Assembly (NCBI GenBank): GCA_009914755.4
Contig: CP068257.2
Span: 16,032,001 to 16,096,000, forward strand
DNA length: 64,000 nt
Direction of reading: 5' to 3'
Source: the human T2T-CHM13v2.0 reference genome, Homo sapiens
Shown: positions 27,093-40,129 of the stretch, piece after piece
Layout of the letters: every line of letters starts with the position of its first letter
Position numbering within the stretch: position 1 is the stretch's first letter
The notes under the pieces: model-generated
Told to the model about the DNA's origin: nothing
Seen by the model: the letters and a program-made list of their open reading frames with translations, nothing else
Databases searched by the model: none
Program-made: the position numbers and the translations under genes

Positions 27093-30000
27093 TGAATGGA
27101 CCCTCCTCTAGGCCAAGGACATTCCAAAGTTAAACTGAAAAGCTAGTTCAAGGCATGATGGGAAGGAGGAGTTGGACATGCCTCATTACCATTAACATCA
27201 ACACAGACCTTAAGGCTGATAGACCAGACTTATTTAAAATGTATAATCCAGGGATCATGGCAGATGGAAGCCAGGACTAGATTGCAGCACCCACTCAGAC
27301 AGACAGAGCAGCATGTGGAGGCTTGCATCACGAACTTTTGCTCCAGAATGACTGCAGGAATACATTAGGAAAGCCAAGAGAACCAGCAGACCCTCTGAAG
27401 GAAGTGGATTGCTCCTGCAGGACTTAGGAGATACCCCAAATACTATGAGTGCCCAAACTGTGGAAGCGAGAAAGGAAGATCATGCACCCCAGAACACATA
27501 CCCCTGCACAAGAGAACCTGAAGGCTTAGATTATGGGAGAAGATTCTGACCTTACCTGGAGCTGAGTCAATTTAGAGAGCCGAGTGAAATACAGGGGTAG
27601 AGGAAGCAGCAGGAAAAGTCCTGTGGGCTTGTTGGGTTCCCTAGCAAGCCATTTCTGCCCTGCCTCACAGGGGCCCTTGGGAAGAGTGGCCAGAGGCACT
27701 GGGAAAAGGCCACAGGGAGAAGAAAATCTCCAGCTGAAATTTGCTAACAATATGAACTGATTGAGAAGCCCCCTGGCCAGAACTCAGGGGAGGACATGAA
27801 TCCAGTGTGCGGACTCCACAGGCAGGTGAAGAATAAAAGCCCTAATTGCTTTCACAGCTGGAAAGTGGGTAGCCTGGGGCAAGTTCTCAGTCCTGTTCAC
27901 CCACTGCCTGGAAACACACTTGGTGCTGTTACTGGGGGCACGGTGGGAGTGAGACTGGCCCTTTGGGTTGTGTGGGAGCTGGGTGAGGCCTATGACTGCT
28001 GGCTTTTCCCCACTTCCCTGACAAGTTGCATGACCCAGTAGAGGCAGCCATTATCCTCCTAGGAACATAACTGTTGATCTGGGAATCTCAACCTCATCCC
28101 CCACAGCAGCTGCAGCAAGACCGCTCAAGGAGAGTCTGAGGTCAGACACGCCTGCCACTGCCTCTACCTGATGGTCCTTCCCTACCTACCCTGGTAACTG
28201 AAGACAAAGGGCATATACTCTTGGGAGTTCAAGGGGGTGGTGGTGCCCCCCACCACCTGTTCCTCCCCATTCTACTACCGCTGATGCTCTTGAAATCACC
28301 ACCTTCCGCAGGAGGACAACCAACCCAAAAATAGTGCATTAAGCAACCAAAGCCAAGGACCCTCACAGAGCCCATTTTACTCCCCCACCACCTCCACCAG
28401 AGCAGATGCTGGTATCAATGGCAGAAAGACTCACAGATGGTTCACATCAGAGGATTCTGTGCAGACAACCTCCAGTACCAGCCCAGAGCCTGGTAGACTT
28501 GCTGGGTTGCTAGATCCAGAAGAGAGATAACAATCTTTACAGCTTGGCTCTCAGGAAGCCACATCCCTAGGAAAAGGGGGAGAGTACTACATCAAGGGAA
28601 CACTCCATGGGACAAAACAATTTGAACAACAGCCTTTGGCCTTAGACCTCTGTGACAAATGAGAAGAAACCAGAAAACCAACTCTGGCAATATGACAAAA
28701 CAATGTTCTTCACCACCCAAGAAAAAATCACACTAGCCCACCAGCAATGGATTCCAACCAAGAAGAAGTCCCTGATTTACCTGAAAAAGAATTCAGGAGG
28801 TTAGTTGTTAAGCTAATCAGGGAGGCAACAGAGAAAGGTGAAGCCCAATCTAAGGAAATAAAAAAAAAAGATACAAGAAGTGATGGGAGAAATACTCAAT
28901 GAAATAGATAGCATAAATAAAAAATCAAAATTTCAGGAAACAATAGACACACTTATAGAAATGCTAAATGTTCTGGAAAGTCTCAGCAATAGAATTCAAC
29001 AAGCAGAAGAAAGAACTTCAGAGCTTGAAGACAAGTTCTTTGAATTAACCAAATCCAACAAAGACAAAGAAGAAAGAATAAGAAAAATTGAACAAAGCCT
29101 CCATGAGGTCTGGGTTCACGTTAAACTACCAACCCTAAGAATAATTGGCATTCCTGAGGAAGAAGAGGAACCTAGAAGTTTGGAAAACATATTTGGGAGA
29201 AAAATTGAGGAAAACTTCCCTAGCCTTGCTAGAGACCTAGGCATCCAAATACAAGAAGCACAAAGAACACCTGGGAAATTCATTGCACAAAGATCATCAC
29301 CTAGACACATTGTCATCAGATTACCTAAAGTTAAGATGAAGGAAAGAATCTTAAGAACTGTGAGTCAAAAGCGCCAGGAAACCTATAAAGGAAAACCTAT
29401 CAGATTAACAGCAGATTTCTCAGCAGAAATCCTACAAGCTAGAAGACATTGGGGACCTATCTTCAGCCTCCTCAAACAAAACAATTATCAGCCAAGAATT
29501 TGTATCCAGTGAAACTAATCTTCATAAATGAAGGAAAAATGGTATTTTTTAGACAAACAAATGCTGAAAGAATTCGCCACTACCAAGCCAGCACTACAAG
29601 AACAGCTAAAAGGAGCTCTAAATCTTGAAACAAATCCTGGAAACACATGAAAACAGAACCCCTTTAGAGCATAAATCTCATAGGACCTATAAAACAAAAA
29701 GGCAATATAAAAAAAAAACCCTCAAAAAACAAAAAAACCAAGGTATACAGGGAACAAATAGTATGATGAATGAAATGGTAACTCCCATCTCAATACTAAT
29801 GTTGAATGTAAATGGCCTAAATGCTCCCCTTAAAAGATACAGAATTGCAGAATGGATAAGAACTCACCAACCATCTGCTGCCTTCAAGAGACTCACCTAA
29901 CACATAAGGACTCACATAAACTTAAAGGGATGGAAAAAGACATTCCATGCAAATGGACACCAAAAGTGAGCAAGAGTAGCTATTCCTATATCAGACAGAA

Positions 30001-30862
30001 CAAACTTTAAAGCAACAGCAGTTAAAAAAGACAAAGAGGGACATTATATAAATGATAAAATGTCTTGTTCAACAGGAAAATATTACAATCCTAAATATAT
30101 ATGCACCTAACACTGGAAGTCCCTAATTTATAAAACAATTACTAATAGACTTAAGAAATGAGATAGCAACACAATAATAGTTGGGGACTTCAGTACTCCA
30201 CTGACAGCACTAGACAGGTCATCAAGACAGAAATTCAACAAAGAAACAATCAGTGTAAACTATACCCTGGAACAAATGGATTTGACAGATTTATACAGAA
30301 CATTCTACCCAACAACCACAGAATATACATTTTATTCAACAGCACATGGAACTTTCTCCAAGATAGACCATATAATAGGCCATAAAATGAGTCTCAATAA
30401 ATTTAAGAAAAACACTCTCTCAGACCATAGTGGAATAAAACTAGAAATCAACTCCAAAAGGAACCACCTTCAAAACCATGCAAATACATGGAAATTAAAT
30501 AACCTGTACCTGAATGATCATTGGGTCAAAAATGAAATCTAGATGGACATTAGAAAATTCTTCGAGCTGAATGGCAAGAGTGACGCAAATTATCAAAACC
30601 CCTGGGATACAGCAAAGTGGTGCTAAGAGGAAACTTCATAGCCATAAATGCCTCCATCAAGAAGTCCGAAAGAATACAATCTAAGGTCACACCTCAAGGA
30701 ACTAAAGAAACAAGAACAAACCAAACCCAAACCTAGCAGAAGAAAGGAAATAACCAAGATCAGAACAGAACTAAATGAAATTGAAACAATCAATACAAAA
30801 TATAAATAAAACAAAAAGCTGGTTCTTTGAAAAGATAAATAAAATTGATAGACCATTAGCAA
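27093..30862 (+). mobile_element. L1 (LINE-1) 5' portion: 5'UTR, ORF1, ORF2 endonuclease region; same subfamily as the minus-strand L1 at 6455-13265
   Basis: 5'UTR homologous block for block to rc of 11650-13250 (ORF 27796-28041 parallels minus ORF 12293-12538); ORF1 remnant 28880-29512; ORF2 N-terminus 29625-29900 (LNVNGLNAPLKRYRIAEWI) and endonuclease end 30276-30542 (FYSTAHGTFSKIDHIIGHK); terminates abruptly at about ORF2 codon 330. Confidence 0.9.
28880..29512 (+). pseudogene. L1 ORF1p remnant (210-aa open frame, N-terminally incomplete and divergent)
   Basis: translation contains the conserved ORF1 C-terminal RNA-binding region ...RTPGKFIAQRSSPRHIVIRLPKVKMKERILRTVSQKRQETYKGKPIRLTADFSAEILQARRHWGPIFSLLKQNNYQPRI; longest TE-derived ORF in the window. 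Confidence 0.85.
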
Positions 30863-30889
30863 GCAAAGACTCTATTTTTATGTCCAACT

Positions 30890-31292
30890 TTTATTTTAAG
30901 TTCAGGGGTACATGTGCAGGATGTGCAAATTTGTTACATAGTTAAATATGTGCCATGGTGATTAGCTGCACAGATCATCCCATCACCTAGGTATTAGCCT
31001 AGTGTTCCATTATTGGAACACTAAGCATGTGGGAGTTATTTATATCCTACTGCTCAAGGTCATTGCCAAGGTCTGATTGATTGCAAAAATTCAAAAAATT
31101 TCAACCTCAGGCATAAATGGGTTAAGCCCAGTACCCTTTACCTATTCTTCCTGATGCTCTCCCTCCCCCCCCTTCCCCCAACCCTCCAACAGGCCCCCGT
31201 GTGTGTTGTTTCCCCCATGTGTCCATGCGTTCTCATCATTCAGCTCCCACTTATAAGTGAGAATATGCAGTATTTGATTTTCTGTAGAACAG
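30890..31292 (-). mobile_element. L1 3'-end fragment, opposite orientation to the adjacent plus-strand L1
   Basis: tttattttaagttcaggggtacatgtgcaggatgtgcaaatttgttacatag ... ctccctcccccccttcccccaaccctccaacaggcccccgtgtgtg ... gtccatgcgttctcatcattcagctcccacttataagtgagaatatgcagtatttgattttctgtag is the reverse complement of the L1P 3'UTR / ORF2 end. Confidence 0.85.
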
Positions 31293-31299
31293 ACTCTTC

Positions 31300-31740
31300 A
31301 AGTTGGGTAAGAAACAATCTATTCTCCCTGGAGCCTGCTACTTGAAGGTTTCACCTGCATAATGAAACCTTGGTCTCCACAACCTCTTATCATAATCCAG
31401 AAATTCCTTTCAATTGATTCCAGGTCTTTAGATAATAACCAATTGCCAATCAGAAAATCTTTGAATCTGGCTATGACCTGGAATCCCTCCCAACCGGCAA
31501 CTGCCACTTCCAGTTGTACCGCCTTTTCAAATAGAGTCTTTGTACATCTTACATGTATTGATTGATGTCTTACATTTCCCTAAAACGTATAAAACCAAGT
31601 TGTAGCCCAACCACCTTGGGCACATGTCATCAGGATCTCCTGAGGCTGTCCTTAGGACGGGCATGTCATGGGCATGTCCTTAATCTTGTCCTGAGGCATG
31701 TCATGGGCATGTCCTTAACCTTGGCAAAATAAACTTCTAA
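31300..31740 (-). repeat. copy C of the unidentified interspersed repeat family (inverted)
   Basis: reverse complement aligns with copies A and B (tttagggaaatgtaagacatcaatcaatacatgtaagatgtac.., gattttctgattggcaattggtt, aggtttcattatgcaggtgaaaccttcaagtagcaggctccag). Confidence 0.5.
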
Positions 31741-31852
31741 ATTGATTGAGACTGTTTCAGATACTTTTTAGTTTACAGTACATTCCAAATTGCTGTGCAA
31801 CTGCCACGTGTATTCAGTGCTAAAATATTTTCATCTTTAATTGGCTGTGGTA

Positions 31853-32006
31853 GCACATGCCTGTAGTTCTAGCTACTCAGGAGGATGAGGCAGCAGGATC
31901 ACTTGAGCCCAGGATTTAGAGGCTGCAGTGAGCTATGATTGCACCACTGCACTCCAGCCCGGGTGACAGAGTGAGACCCCATCTCTAAAAACAAAACCCA
32001 AAAAAC
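31853..32006 (+). mobile_element. Alu monomer (FRAM-like, free right arm)
   Basis: ggctgtggtagcacatgcctgtagttctagctactcaggaggatgaggcagcaggatcacttgagcccagga..tgcagtgagctatgattgcaccactgcactccagcccgggtgacagagtgagacccc. Confidence 0.8.
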
Positions 32007-32024
32007 GCCACCACACACATTATT

Positions 32025-32343
32025 CTCATCCCCAAAGAAAAACCCATATCTTCCCTTCAGCTCCTAGAAGCCACTCATATATGTTCTGTCTTTATGGACT
32101 TATCTATTCTGATATTTTCTATAAATGGAGTCACATAATATATGACCTATTATGTCTGGTTTCCTTCACTTTGAATAGTTTCAAGGTTTACCTTCATTGC
32201 AGCATGTATCAGAACTGCATTCCTTTTTATGGCTGAATAATATATCCCATATTTGTTTATCTGTTCATTTGTTGATGGACATTTGAGCTGTTTCCCATAT
32301 CATCTTAACTATTTTTAAGTGTATGCTACAGTAGTGTTAACTA
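32025..32343 (-). mobile_element. ancient L1M-type 3'-end fragment
   Basis: rc of L1M 3' region: tggacttatctattctgatattttctataaatggagtcacataatatatgacc .. cttcattgcagcatgtatcagaactgcattcctttttatggctgaataatatatcccata..gttgatggacatttgagctgtttcc. Confidence 0.75.
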
Positions 32344-32344
32344 T

Positions 32345-34787
32345 ATGCATATTGTTGTACAGCAGATCTCTAGAACCTTTTCATCTTGCAAAACTGAAAG
32401 TCTATACCCCATTGAGGAATGACTACTTATTTCCCCTTCCCTCCAGCCTCTAGTGACCACATTAACTTTCTGTTTCTATGAGTCTGACTACTTTAGATAC
32501 CTTATATACATGGAATCATGCAGTATTTGTCTTTTTTTGTGACTGGCTTATTTCACTTAGCATAATGTCCTCAAGGTTCATGCACTTCTAGTATATGACA
32601 GGATTTCCTTCTTTTTAAAAACTGAATAATACTCCATTGTATGTATATACCACATTTTCTTTATCTAGTTAACTGTCAATGGATATTTAGGTTGTTTGCT
32701 CCCACCTCTTGGCTATCGTGAATATTATTGCAATTAATATGAGTGTGCATAATCTCTTCCAGATCCTGTTTTCAATTGTTTTGGGTAAATACCCAGGAGT
32801 AGGATTGCTGAATCACATAATAATTCTACTGTTAATGTTTTGAGAAATCTCCATACTGTTTTCTTTAGCAGCTGCACCATTTTACATTCCCACCATCAGT
32901 GCACAGGGTTTCCAATTTCTCCACACTCTCACCAGCATTTGTTATTTTCTAATTTTTGGATAATGGCCATTCTAATAGTTAGGAGGTGATATCTCACTGT
33001 GGTTTTTGATTTGCATTTCTCCAATGATTAGTGACATTGAGCATCTTTTCATTTGCTTGTTGGTCCTTTGTATATCTTCTTTAGAGAAATGTCTATTCAA
33101 GTCCTTTGCTCACTTTTAAATCACGTTTTTGTGTTTTTTTGATGTTGAGTTGTAGGAGTTCTTATATATTCTAGATATTAACCCCTTATCAGATATATCA
33201 TTTGCAAATATTTTCTCCCATTCTTTTTTTTTTTCTTTTTCTCCCATTCTTCAGGATGCCTTTTTACTTTACTAGTTGTTTCCTTTGCTGCACAGGAGTT
33301 TTTAAATTTGATATAGTCCCATTTGTCTATTTTTCCTTTTATCACTTGGGGTTATCAGGTCATATCCAAGAAATCATTGCCAAATACATGATCACAAAGC
33401 TTCTGCCTTATGTTTTCTTATAGTTAGTCGTTTTATAGTTTCAGATCTTATGGTTAGGTGGTTAATCCATTTCGAATTGATTTTTATATATGTTATAGGG
33501 TATCCAACATTTTTCTTTTGCAATTGGATGTCTGGGTTTCCCACCAGCATTTGTTGAAGATACTACACTTCCCCCATTGTGTAGTCTTGGTGCCCTTGTC
33601 GAAGATCATTTGACCATACATGTGAGGGTTTATTTCTGGGCTCTCTATTCTGTTCCATTAATATATATGCTTGTCTTTATGCCAGAATTATACTGTTTTG
33701 ATTAATGTGACTTTGTAATATATTTTGAAATTATAAAGTGTGAGGCCTTTAGCTTTGTTTGTTTGTTTCAGGATTGTTTTGGCTACTCAGAGTTCTTTGA
33801 GATTCCATATAAATTTTAGAATTTTTGTTCTATTTCTTAAAAAAATACCATTGGGATTTTGATAGGAACTGCATTGAATCCGTAGATAGCTTTAGGTAGT
33901 ATAGACATTTTGACAATATTGTCTTCCAGTCCATGAACAGAAGATGCTTTTTTATTTGTGTCCTTTTAATTCTTTTCAGGAATATTTTGTAGTTTTCAGT
34001 GTACACGTCTTTTGTCTCCTTGGTCAAGTTTATTCCTTAGTACTTTTTTTTTTTTTTTGATGCTATTGTATACTCAGTCTTAGCCAAAAGGCCAAAAGGC
34101 CAAATCATCCTATTGTAAATAGGATGATTTTCTAAATTTCCTTTTCATATTGTTTATTGTTATTATATAGACATATAGCTGATTTTTTGTGTTAATTTTG
34201 TGTTCTGTAGCTTTTCCAAATTCGTTTATTATTTCTAACAGTTATTTTTAATCTTTAGTGTTTTCTACATATGGAATCATATCATCTTCAGAAAGAGATC
34301 ATTCTATTCTTCCTTTCCAATTTGAATGCCTTTTATTTCTTTTTCTTCCTTATTCTGGCTGGGACTTGTAGGATTATGTTGAATAGAAGTGATAGTGGTC
34401 ATCCTTACCTTGCTCCAGATCTTATCAAAAAAACTTTCAGCTTTTCACCATTCAGTATGATGTTAGCTGGGAGCTTTTTATATATGGCTTTTATAAAGTT
34501 CAGGTAATTTTCTTATATTCCTAGTTTATTAAGTGTTTTTATCATGGTTTTGAATTTTGTTGAAGGTTTTTTGTGCATCAATTAAGATGATCATGTGATT
34601 TTTTTTCATTTATTCTGATAATGTAGTGGTCACATTGATTGATTTTAATATGTTGAACTACCCTTGCATCCTAGAAATAAATCCCACTTGGCCGTGGTAT
34701 GTGATTCTTTCAATGTGCTGTGCTGTTAAACTTGGTTTATTAGTATTCTGTTGAGGATTTCATTTGTGTTTTTGAGACCCAACACAG
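32345..34787 (-). mobile_element. ancient L1M/L1PB-type element, ORF2 3' half plus 3' end, 5'-truncated
   Basis: second copy of the L1M 3' terminus (ttttaagtgtatgctacag.., catggaatcatgcagtatttgtc.., cttagcataatgtcctcaaggttcat) followed by antisense ORF2 blocks (ccaccatcagtgcacagggtttccaatttctccacactctcaccagcatttgttatt, ggtgatatctcactgtggtttttgatttgcatttctccaatgattagtgacattgagcatcttttcatttgc, gaatagaagtgatagtggtcatccttaccttgctccagatcttat); minus-strand ORF 33830-34027 and plus ORFs are fragments. Confidence 0.85.
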
Positions 34788-35276
34788 AAGGAGAGATGAC
34801 AGGAACAGGATGAGAACTGGTTGGAGGAAGGATGGAGATTCTAGTCCTTGGGCGGCAGTTGGAGATGGCAGGTTTAGAAGAAGGAGCTGGAGAATTAGGA
34901 AAATAGCCAGTCAGAAACGATTGACAGTCAGGAAAAAGCTGCCAACTGGATCAAAACATTTGGTACAAAAACAAATCATACTAAGTCCAGGGGTGGTTTA
35001 GTAGTCAAAGAATCTTAAAGAGTCAGCAACTGTGGAGTTACTTTGTCACCAGGCCCTGTTGTAGCAGTCTGAGTTAATTCTGACATGTATCTGCAGGGAG
35101 GCTATGATTAAGTAACCTCCTTTCTCTGACTATGAAATGGGGTTAAGCAAGAGCTTGCAGTGGGAGATAATCATCAGAGACTTCAGATGCAGACAGCAGG
35201 AGATCCAGGGGCTGGGAAAGCCAGGCAGAGGTTCAGCACTCACTCTCAAAACCTCATAACTTTTCTCATTACTCAC

Positions 35277-35420
35277 CTCACCCTCTTCTTCCTTCTACCA
35301 CCCTCCACCTTTATCTTCCTTCCTTCTCCCTTCTCCTCCTCCTCTTCCTTCTCTCTTTCTTCCCCTCCCCCTCTTTCTCTTTCATCCTTTTTCTTCCTTC
35401 TTGCTGCTATTTTTCTTAAA
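35277..35420. repeat. polypyrimidine (CT-rich) low-complexity tract
   Basis: ctcaccctcttcttccttctaccaccctccacctttatcttccttccttctcccttctcctcctcctcttccttctctc... Confidence 0.85.
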
Positions 35421-36045
35421 TCTTCATGGACACTGTGTACAGAAAATAGATAGGGAGGAACTAACATCATTTGTCTTTGCTACACTCTTGTTATCTTTAT
35501 ACTCTCAGTTCCCTGCAGATTCACATCCCCTCCCCAATATAGATCAATTGAGCTGAGAGGCTGCAACCAGACCGAAGTTTGTTGATTTTTAAAAATAATT
35601 TATATTGTATATATTAAAGGTAGACAACATGATGTTATAATATACATACAGATGGCAAAATGGTTAATATAGTAAAGCAAATCAACATATTCATTATCTC
35701 ACTTAGTAACCTGCTTTTTAAAATGTGTTTTGTTTTTCTTGAGCAAAAGCAGCTAAAATCTATTAATTTAGCAAAAATGGTGAATACAATACAATATTAT
35801 TAACTATTGTCCTCATATTTTATATTAGATCTCTAGGCTTGTTTATCCTCTATATCTGCCACTTTGTATCCTTTGACCTACATCTCCCCGTTTTCTCCTT
35901 TCTCAACTTTCAACCTCCACTTTCTATCCCTAGTAACCATTGTTTTATTCTCTATCGTATGTATTTGCCTTTTTTTTTAATTTCACAAAATAAATGAGAT
36001 CATGCAATATTTGTCTTTCTGTGTCTGGCTTATTTTTTTTCTTTT

Positions 36046-37069
36046 CCAGCTTTGACTTTAGGCTGCACACAGCATGGAGACCTTGGGCCCGGCTATGAAA
36101 CCACTTTTTCCTCCTAGGCCTCTGGGCCTGTGATGGGGGGGTTTGACATGAAGACCTCTTGAATGCCCTGGAAAAATTTTCCACATTGTCTTGGGGTTAA
36201 CATTTGGCTTCTCATTTCTTATGCAACTGTTTGAATTTCTCCTCAGAAAATGGGATTTTCTTTTCTATTGCATTGTCAGTCAACAAATTTTTTGAACTTC
36301 TATGCTTTGCTTCCCTTATAAAACTGATTGCCTTTAACAGCACCCAAGTCACCTCTTGAATGCTTTTCTGCTTAGAAATTTCTTCCGCAAGATACCCGAA
36401 ATCATCTCACTCCAGTTGAAAGTTCCACAAATCTCTAGGGCAGGGGCAAAATATCACCATTGTCTTTGGTAAAACATAACAAGAGTCACCTTTGCTCTGG
36501 TTCCCAACAAGCTCTTCATCTCCATCTGAGACCTCCTCAGCCTGGACTTTATTGTCCATATCGCTATCAGCATTTTGGGCAAAGCCATTCAACAAGTCTC
36601 TAGGAAGTTCCAAACTTTCCCATATTTTCCTGTCTTCTTCTGAACCCTCCAAACTCTTCCAACTTCTGCTTGTTACCCAGTTCCAAAGTCGCTTCCACAT
36701 TTTCAGGTATCTTTTCAGCTACACCCCACTGTGGTACCAATTTACTGTATTAGTCCGTTTCCGTGGTGCTGATAAAGACATACCTTAGCCTGGGTAATCT
36801 ATATAGGAAAAGGGGTTTAATGGACTTACATTTCCACATGGCTGGGGAGGCCTCACAATCATGGTGGAGGGCAAGGAGGAGCAAATCATATCTTATGTGG
36901 ATGGCAGCAGGCAAAGGGAGAGCTGGTTCAGGGAAACTCTCATTTTTAAAACCATCAGATCTTGTGAGACTCATTCACTATCACTATAATTCAATCACCT
37001 CCACAGGGTTCCTCCAATGACACGTGGAAATTGTGGAAGTTACATATCCCATATAGCCAAATCATATCA
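36046..37069 (-). mobile_element. MaLR element (THE1/MST-type): 5' LTR (36745-37069) plus about 700 bp of internal sequence, 3' LTR missing
   Basis: LTR in reverse orientation: ctgtattagtccgtttccgtggtgctgataaagacatacc..gggtaat..tataggaaaaggggtttaatggacttacatttccacatggctggggaggcctcacaatcatgg ... ccatcagatcttgtgagactcattcactatcac ... ccaaatcatatca; internal part begins tggtaccacagtggggtgtagctgaaaagatacctgaaaatgtggaagcgactttggaactgggtaacaagc (rc). Confidence 0.8.
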
Positions 37070-38402
37070 GGCAGGATATGTTAACTGAACATTTACTCAT
37101 GCTTTTGTACTTTCTTATATTCACTTTTTTGTTGTTGATAAAGTTTCCTTATATAAATATTCATCTTTCTTTGCCTTTGCCAGGGGAAGAGGAAAAAAGA
37201 AGGTTTTGGTTCATGTCTAGGCCTGGAGAGGGGAGCCATTTAGCACAAAAATTTAGTTAGCACTTAGCCTTAAGAGTAGCCTAGGAGAGAGGTGAGAATT
37301 CAGTGGGTGAGGGAGGTCTGGCCAGAGACCTCTTGAGCATTTCTTCCTGACCATCTAGAGTTGTCTAGGCACAAGCTCATCTTTGTGTATTGCTTTGAGA
37401 ATTTGTGTTTGATGTGTCTTAGAGTGGTGAAAATACTTCCAATCGCACAGCTGGTGGGTGAGGTAGGATCAGGAGGAGGGGGAGAGGACTCTTAGATTTG
37501 ATTTGCCAGTCTGTATGTTCTAGGAATCCCAAGAGGGAGCTTTGGATAAAGTTTCATATAGTAATCATTTATCAGGTATACTTGCATTCAGTGAGTTTGT
37601 TTACCTTAGATGAACTAAGTTGGCACCCCTTAACACCACCCCTGAATTCTGTCTAAAAAGATGCAATTTCACATCTTGGACAACTGTACTTGATGTGAAC
37701 TCCTGACACACTGGTCAATTGAAACTATCTGCATGTAAAACAGCTTTGTTTTTCCTTGCCCTGTAATGGATCATATTAATACATAGTCCCGCTCAAGACC
37801 AAAACTCTTTAGGACCAGCCTAGTGTAATTCCTCTTGGCCAGCTCTGGAGAGGACTGGGCTATGAATCATGCACAAAAGCCTAAGTGAAATGAACATGGA
37901 CATCTTCATTCCTGGGTAGTCTGAGTTTCCAGTCAGTTTATCTTCCCTGGGTTCAAGGCTCATTTATACTGGAGGTTGTGCTGGGTAGAGAAAAACACTG
38001 ATGATGAACCTATTGCAACAATTTGGTTGACCTGGGAGGTAGACTGGCCCATGATAAATTAGGATGACCTTTAGATTCTTACAGGCAATTGATAATGATG
38101 TTTACATTCCAGAAAAGGCCTAAAAGGTTATCTTCCAGACCTTCTTAAAAAGTGTTGACTGAATTTGAGGAAATCTCTAAGAGACTTCTGAGCAGCTACA
38201 ATAGTCAGGTGGTCAAATAACACACCAATCTCAAACATAATAAAAGCTTCTCTGCCCTTTGAAGCAGAATTTGGAGTGTTCTGGTAAAACAACTTTCTCA
38301 ATGCTCTCTGTCATATCTTGTTTTCTTTTTAACATCTCTTAATTTTATGTCTTTCTTTTCTCAATTCTCAGATTGCCAAAGAGAATATTTGAGATCTCAT
38401 AG

Positions 38403-38732
<330 letters not shown>

Positions 38733-38884
38733 TAGGGGATGATGGTTGGGAGGGATATAATCAAGGATATTTATCCTAATCATTACAGGTTCTGGCTAAG
38801 AGCCTTTACTAGAGTAATTCCTCAGTTTCAGATCAAAATTTTAAACTAATTATTGGCGTTGCTTTTTGGATATTGGAATGGCAT

Positions 38885-39247
38885 TCCCCTATGAGCTTCC
38901 TAGGGCTACCATAACAAAATACCACAAAACTGGGTGGCTTAAAGCAACAAAAATTTATTCTTTCATGGTTCTAGAGGTTGGAAGTCTGAAATCCAGGTGT
39001 TAGTAGGATTGGTTCATTCTGGAGGATGTGAGAAAGAATTTGCTCTATGCCTGTCTTTTAGCTTCTGGTAGCTTCTGGCAATCCTTGGCGTTCATGACTT
39101 ATAGACACATCACTTCAATCTCTGCCTCCAACTTCACATGGCCATCTCCATTTATGTGTGTCTTCAGGGAGTGTCTTCAACTCCCTTTCCCCTTATGAGG
39201 ACATCAATCATAAGATTTAGGGCCTATTGAAGTTTATAGCATTGAAT
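38885..39247. repeat. ancient mammalian-wide interspersed repeat (family name not recalled)
   Basis: ctagggctaccataacaaaataccacaaaactgggtggcttaaagcaacaaaaatttattctttcatggttctagaggttggaagtctgaaatccaggtg .. acatcaatcataagatttagggcc, a motif set found in dispersed repeats of many mammals. Confidence 0.4.
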
Positions 39248-39866
39248 GCCTACACAAAACACACACAAAAATAGACAGATCACAAATTAACAACCTAATG
39301 TCACATCTCAAGCAACTAGAAAAACAAGAACAAACCAAACCCAAAGCTAGCAGAAGAAAAGAAATAACAACGATCAGAGGAGAACTAAATGAAATTGAGA
39401 CCAAAAACAAAACCCAGTGGATCAATGAAACAAAAAGTTTGTTCTTTGAAAAGATGAAATTGATAACCACTAGCTAGACTAAGAAAAAAAGAAGAGGGCA
39501 GATCCAAATAAACACAATCAGAAATAAAAAAGAAGATATTACCGCTGAGACCACAGAAATACAAAAGATCATCAGAGATTTATAAACAACTGTATGCTCA
39601 CAAACTAGAAAACCTAAAGAAATTGGATAAATTCCTGGAACATACAACCTTCTAGGATTGAACTGGGAAGAAATAGAAATTATGAACAGACCAATAATGA
39701 GTAGTGAGATCAGTAATGAAAAACCCTCCCAGCAACAATAAAAAAAGACCAGGACTGAATGGATTCACAGGCGAATTCTACCAAATGTACAAAGAAGAAC
39801 TGGTACCCATCCTCCAGAAACTGTTCTAAAAAATCAAGGAGGAGGAAGTTATCTCTAACTCATTCT

Positions 39867-40129
39867 TTTTAATTTTTTTTTTCTTTTCCTTGAGATAGAA
39901 TCTCACTCTCCTCCTGGGTTCAAGCAATTCTCATGCCTCTGCCGCCCAAATAGCTGGGATTACAGGTATGTGCCACCATGCCCGGCTAATTTTTGCATTT
40001 TTTTTCTTTGGAAGAGACAGGGTTTCGCCATGTTGTCCAAGCTAGTCTTGAACTCCTGGCCTCAAGTGATCCCCCTGCCTCGGCCTCCCAAAGTTCTGGG
40101 ATTATTTAAGTGAGCTACCATGCCTGGCC
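39867..40129 (-). mobile_element. Alu SINE (minus) with about 50-bp internal deletion, inserted in L1 ORF2, TSD about 12 bp
   Basis: T-rich head, gagatagaatctcactctcctcctgggttcaagcaattctcatgcc (lacks the gcccaggctggagtgcagtgg segment) ... ggattatttaagtgagctaccatgcctggcc; direct repeat ctaactcattct at 39855-39866 and 40137-40148. Confidence 0.85.

Noticed and set aside
28880-29512. 210-aa ORF1p-like open frame as a possibly functional L1 protein
   Set aside because: It starts inside ORF1 (the conserved N-terminal coiled-coil region is out of frame upstream). The cognate ORF2 is shattered and truncated at codon ~330. It is a pseudogene remnant.
30850-31300. Twin-priming (5'-inversion) explanation for the opposed L1 segments
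   Set aside because: In a twin-primed insertion the inverted 5' segment and the direct 3' segment with poly-A are framed by one TSD in a fixed order. Here the forward segment lies on the wrong side of the reverse-complemented 3' end for either insertion orientation.
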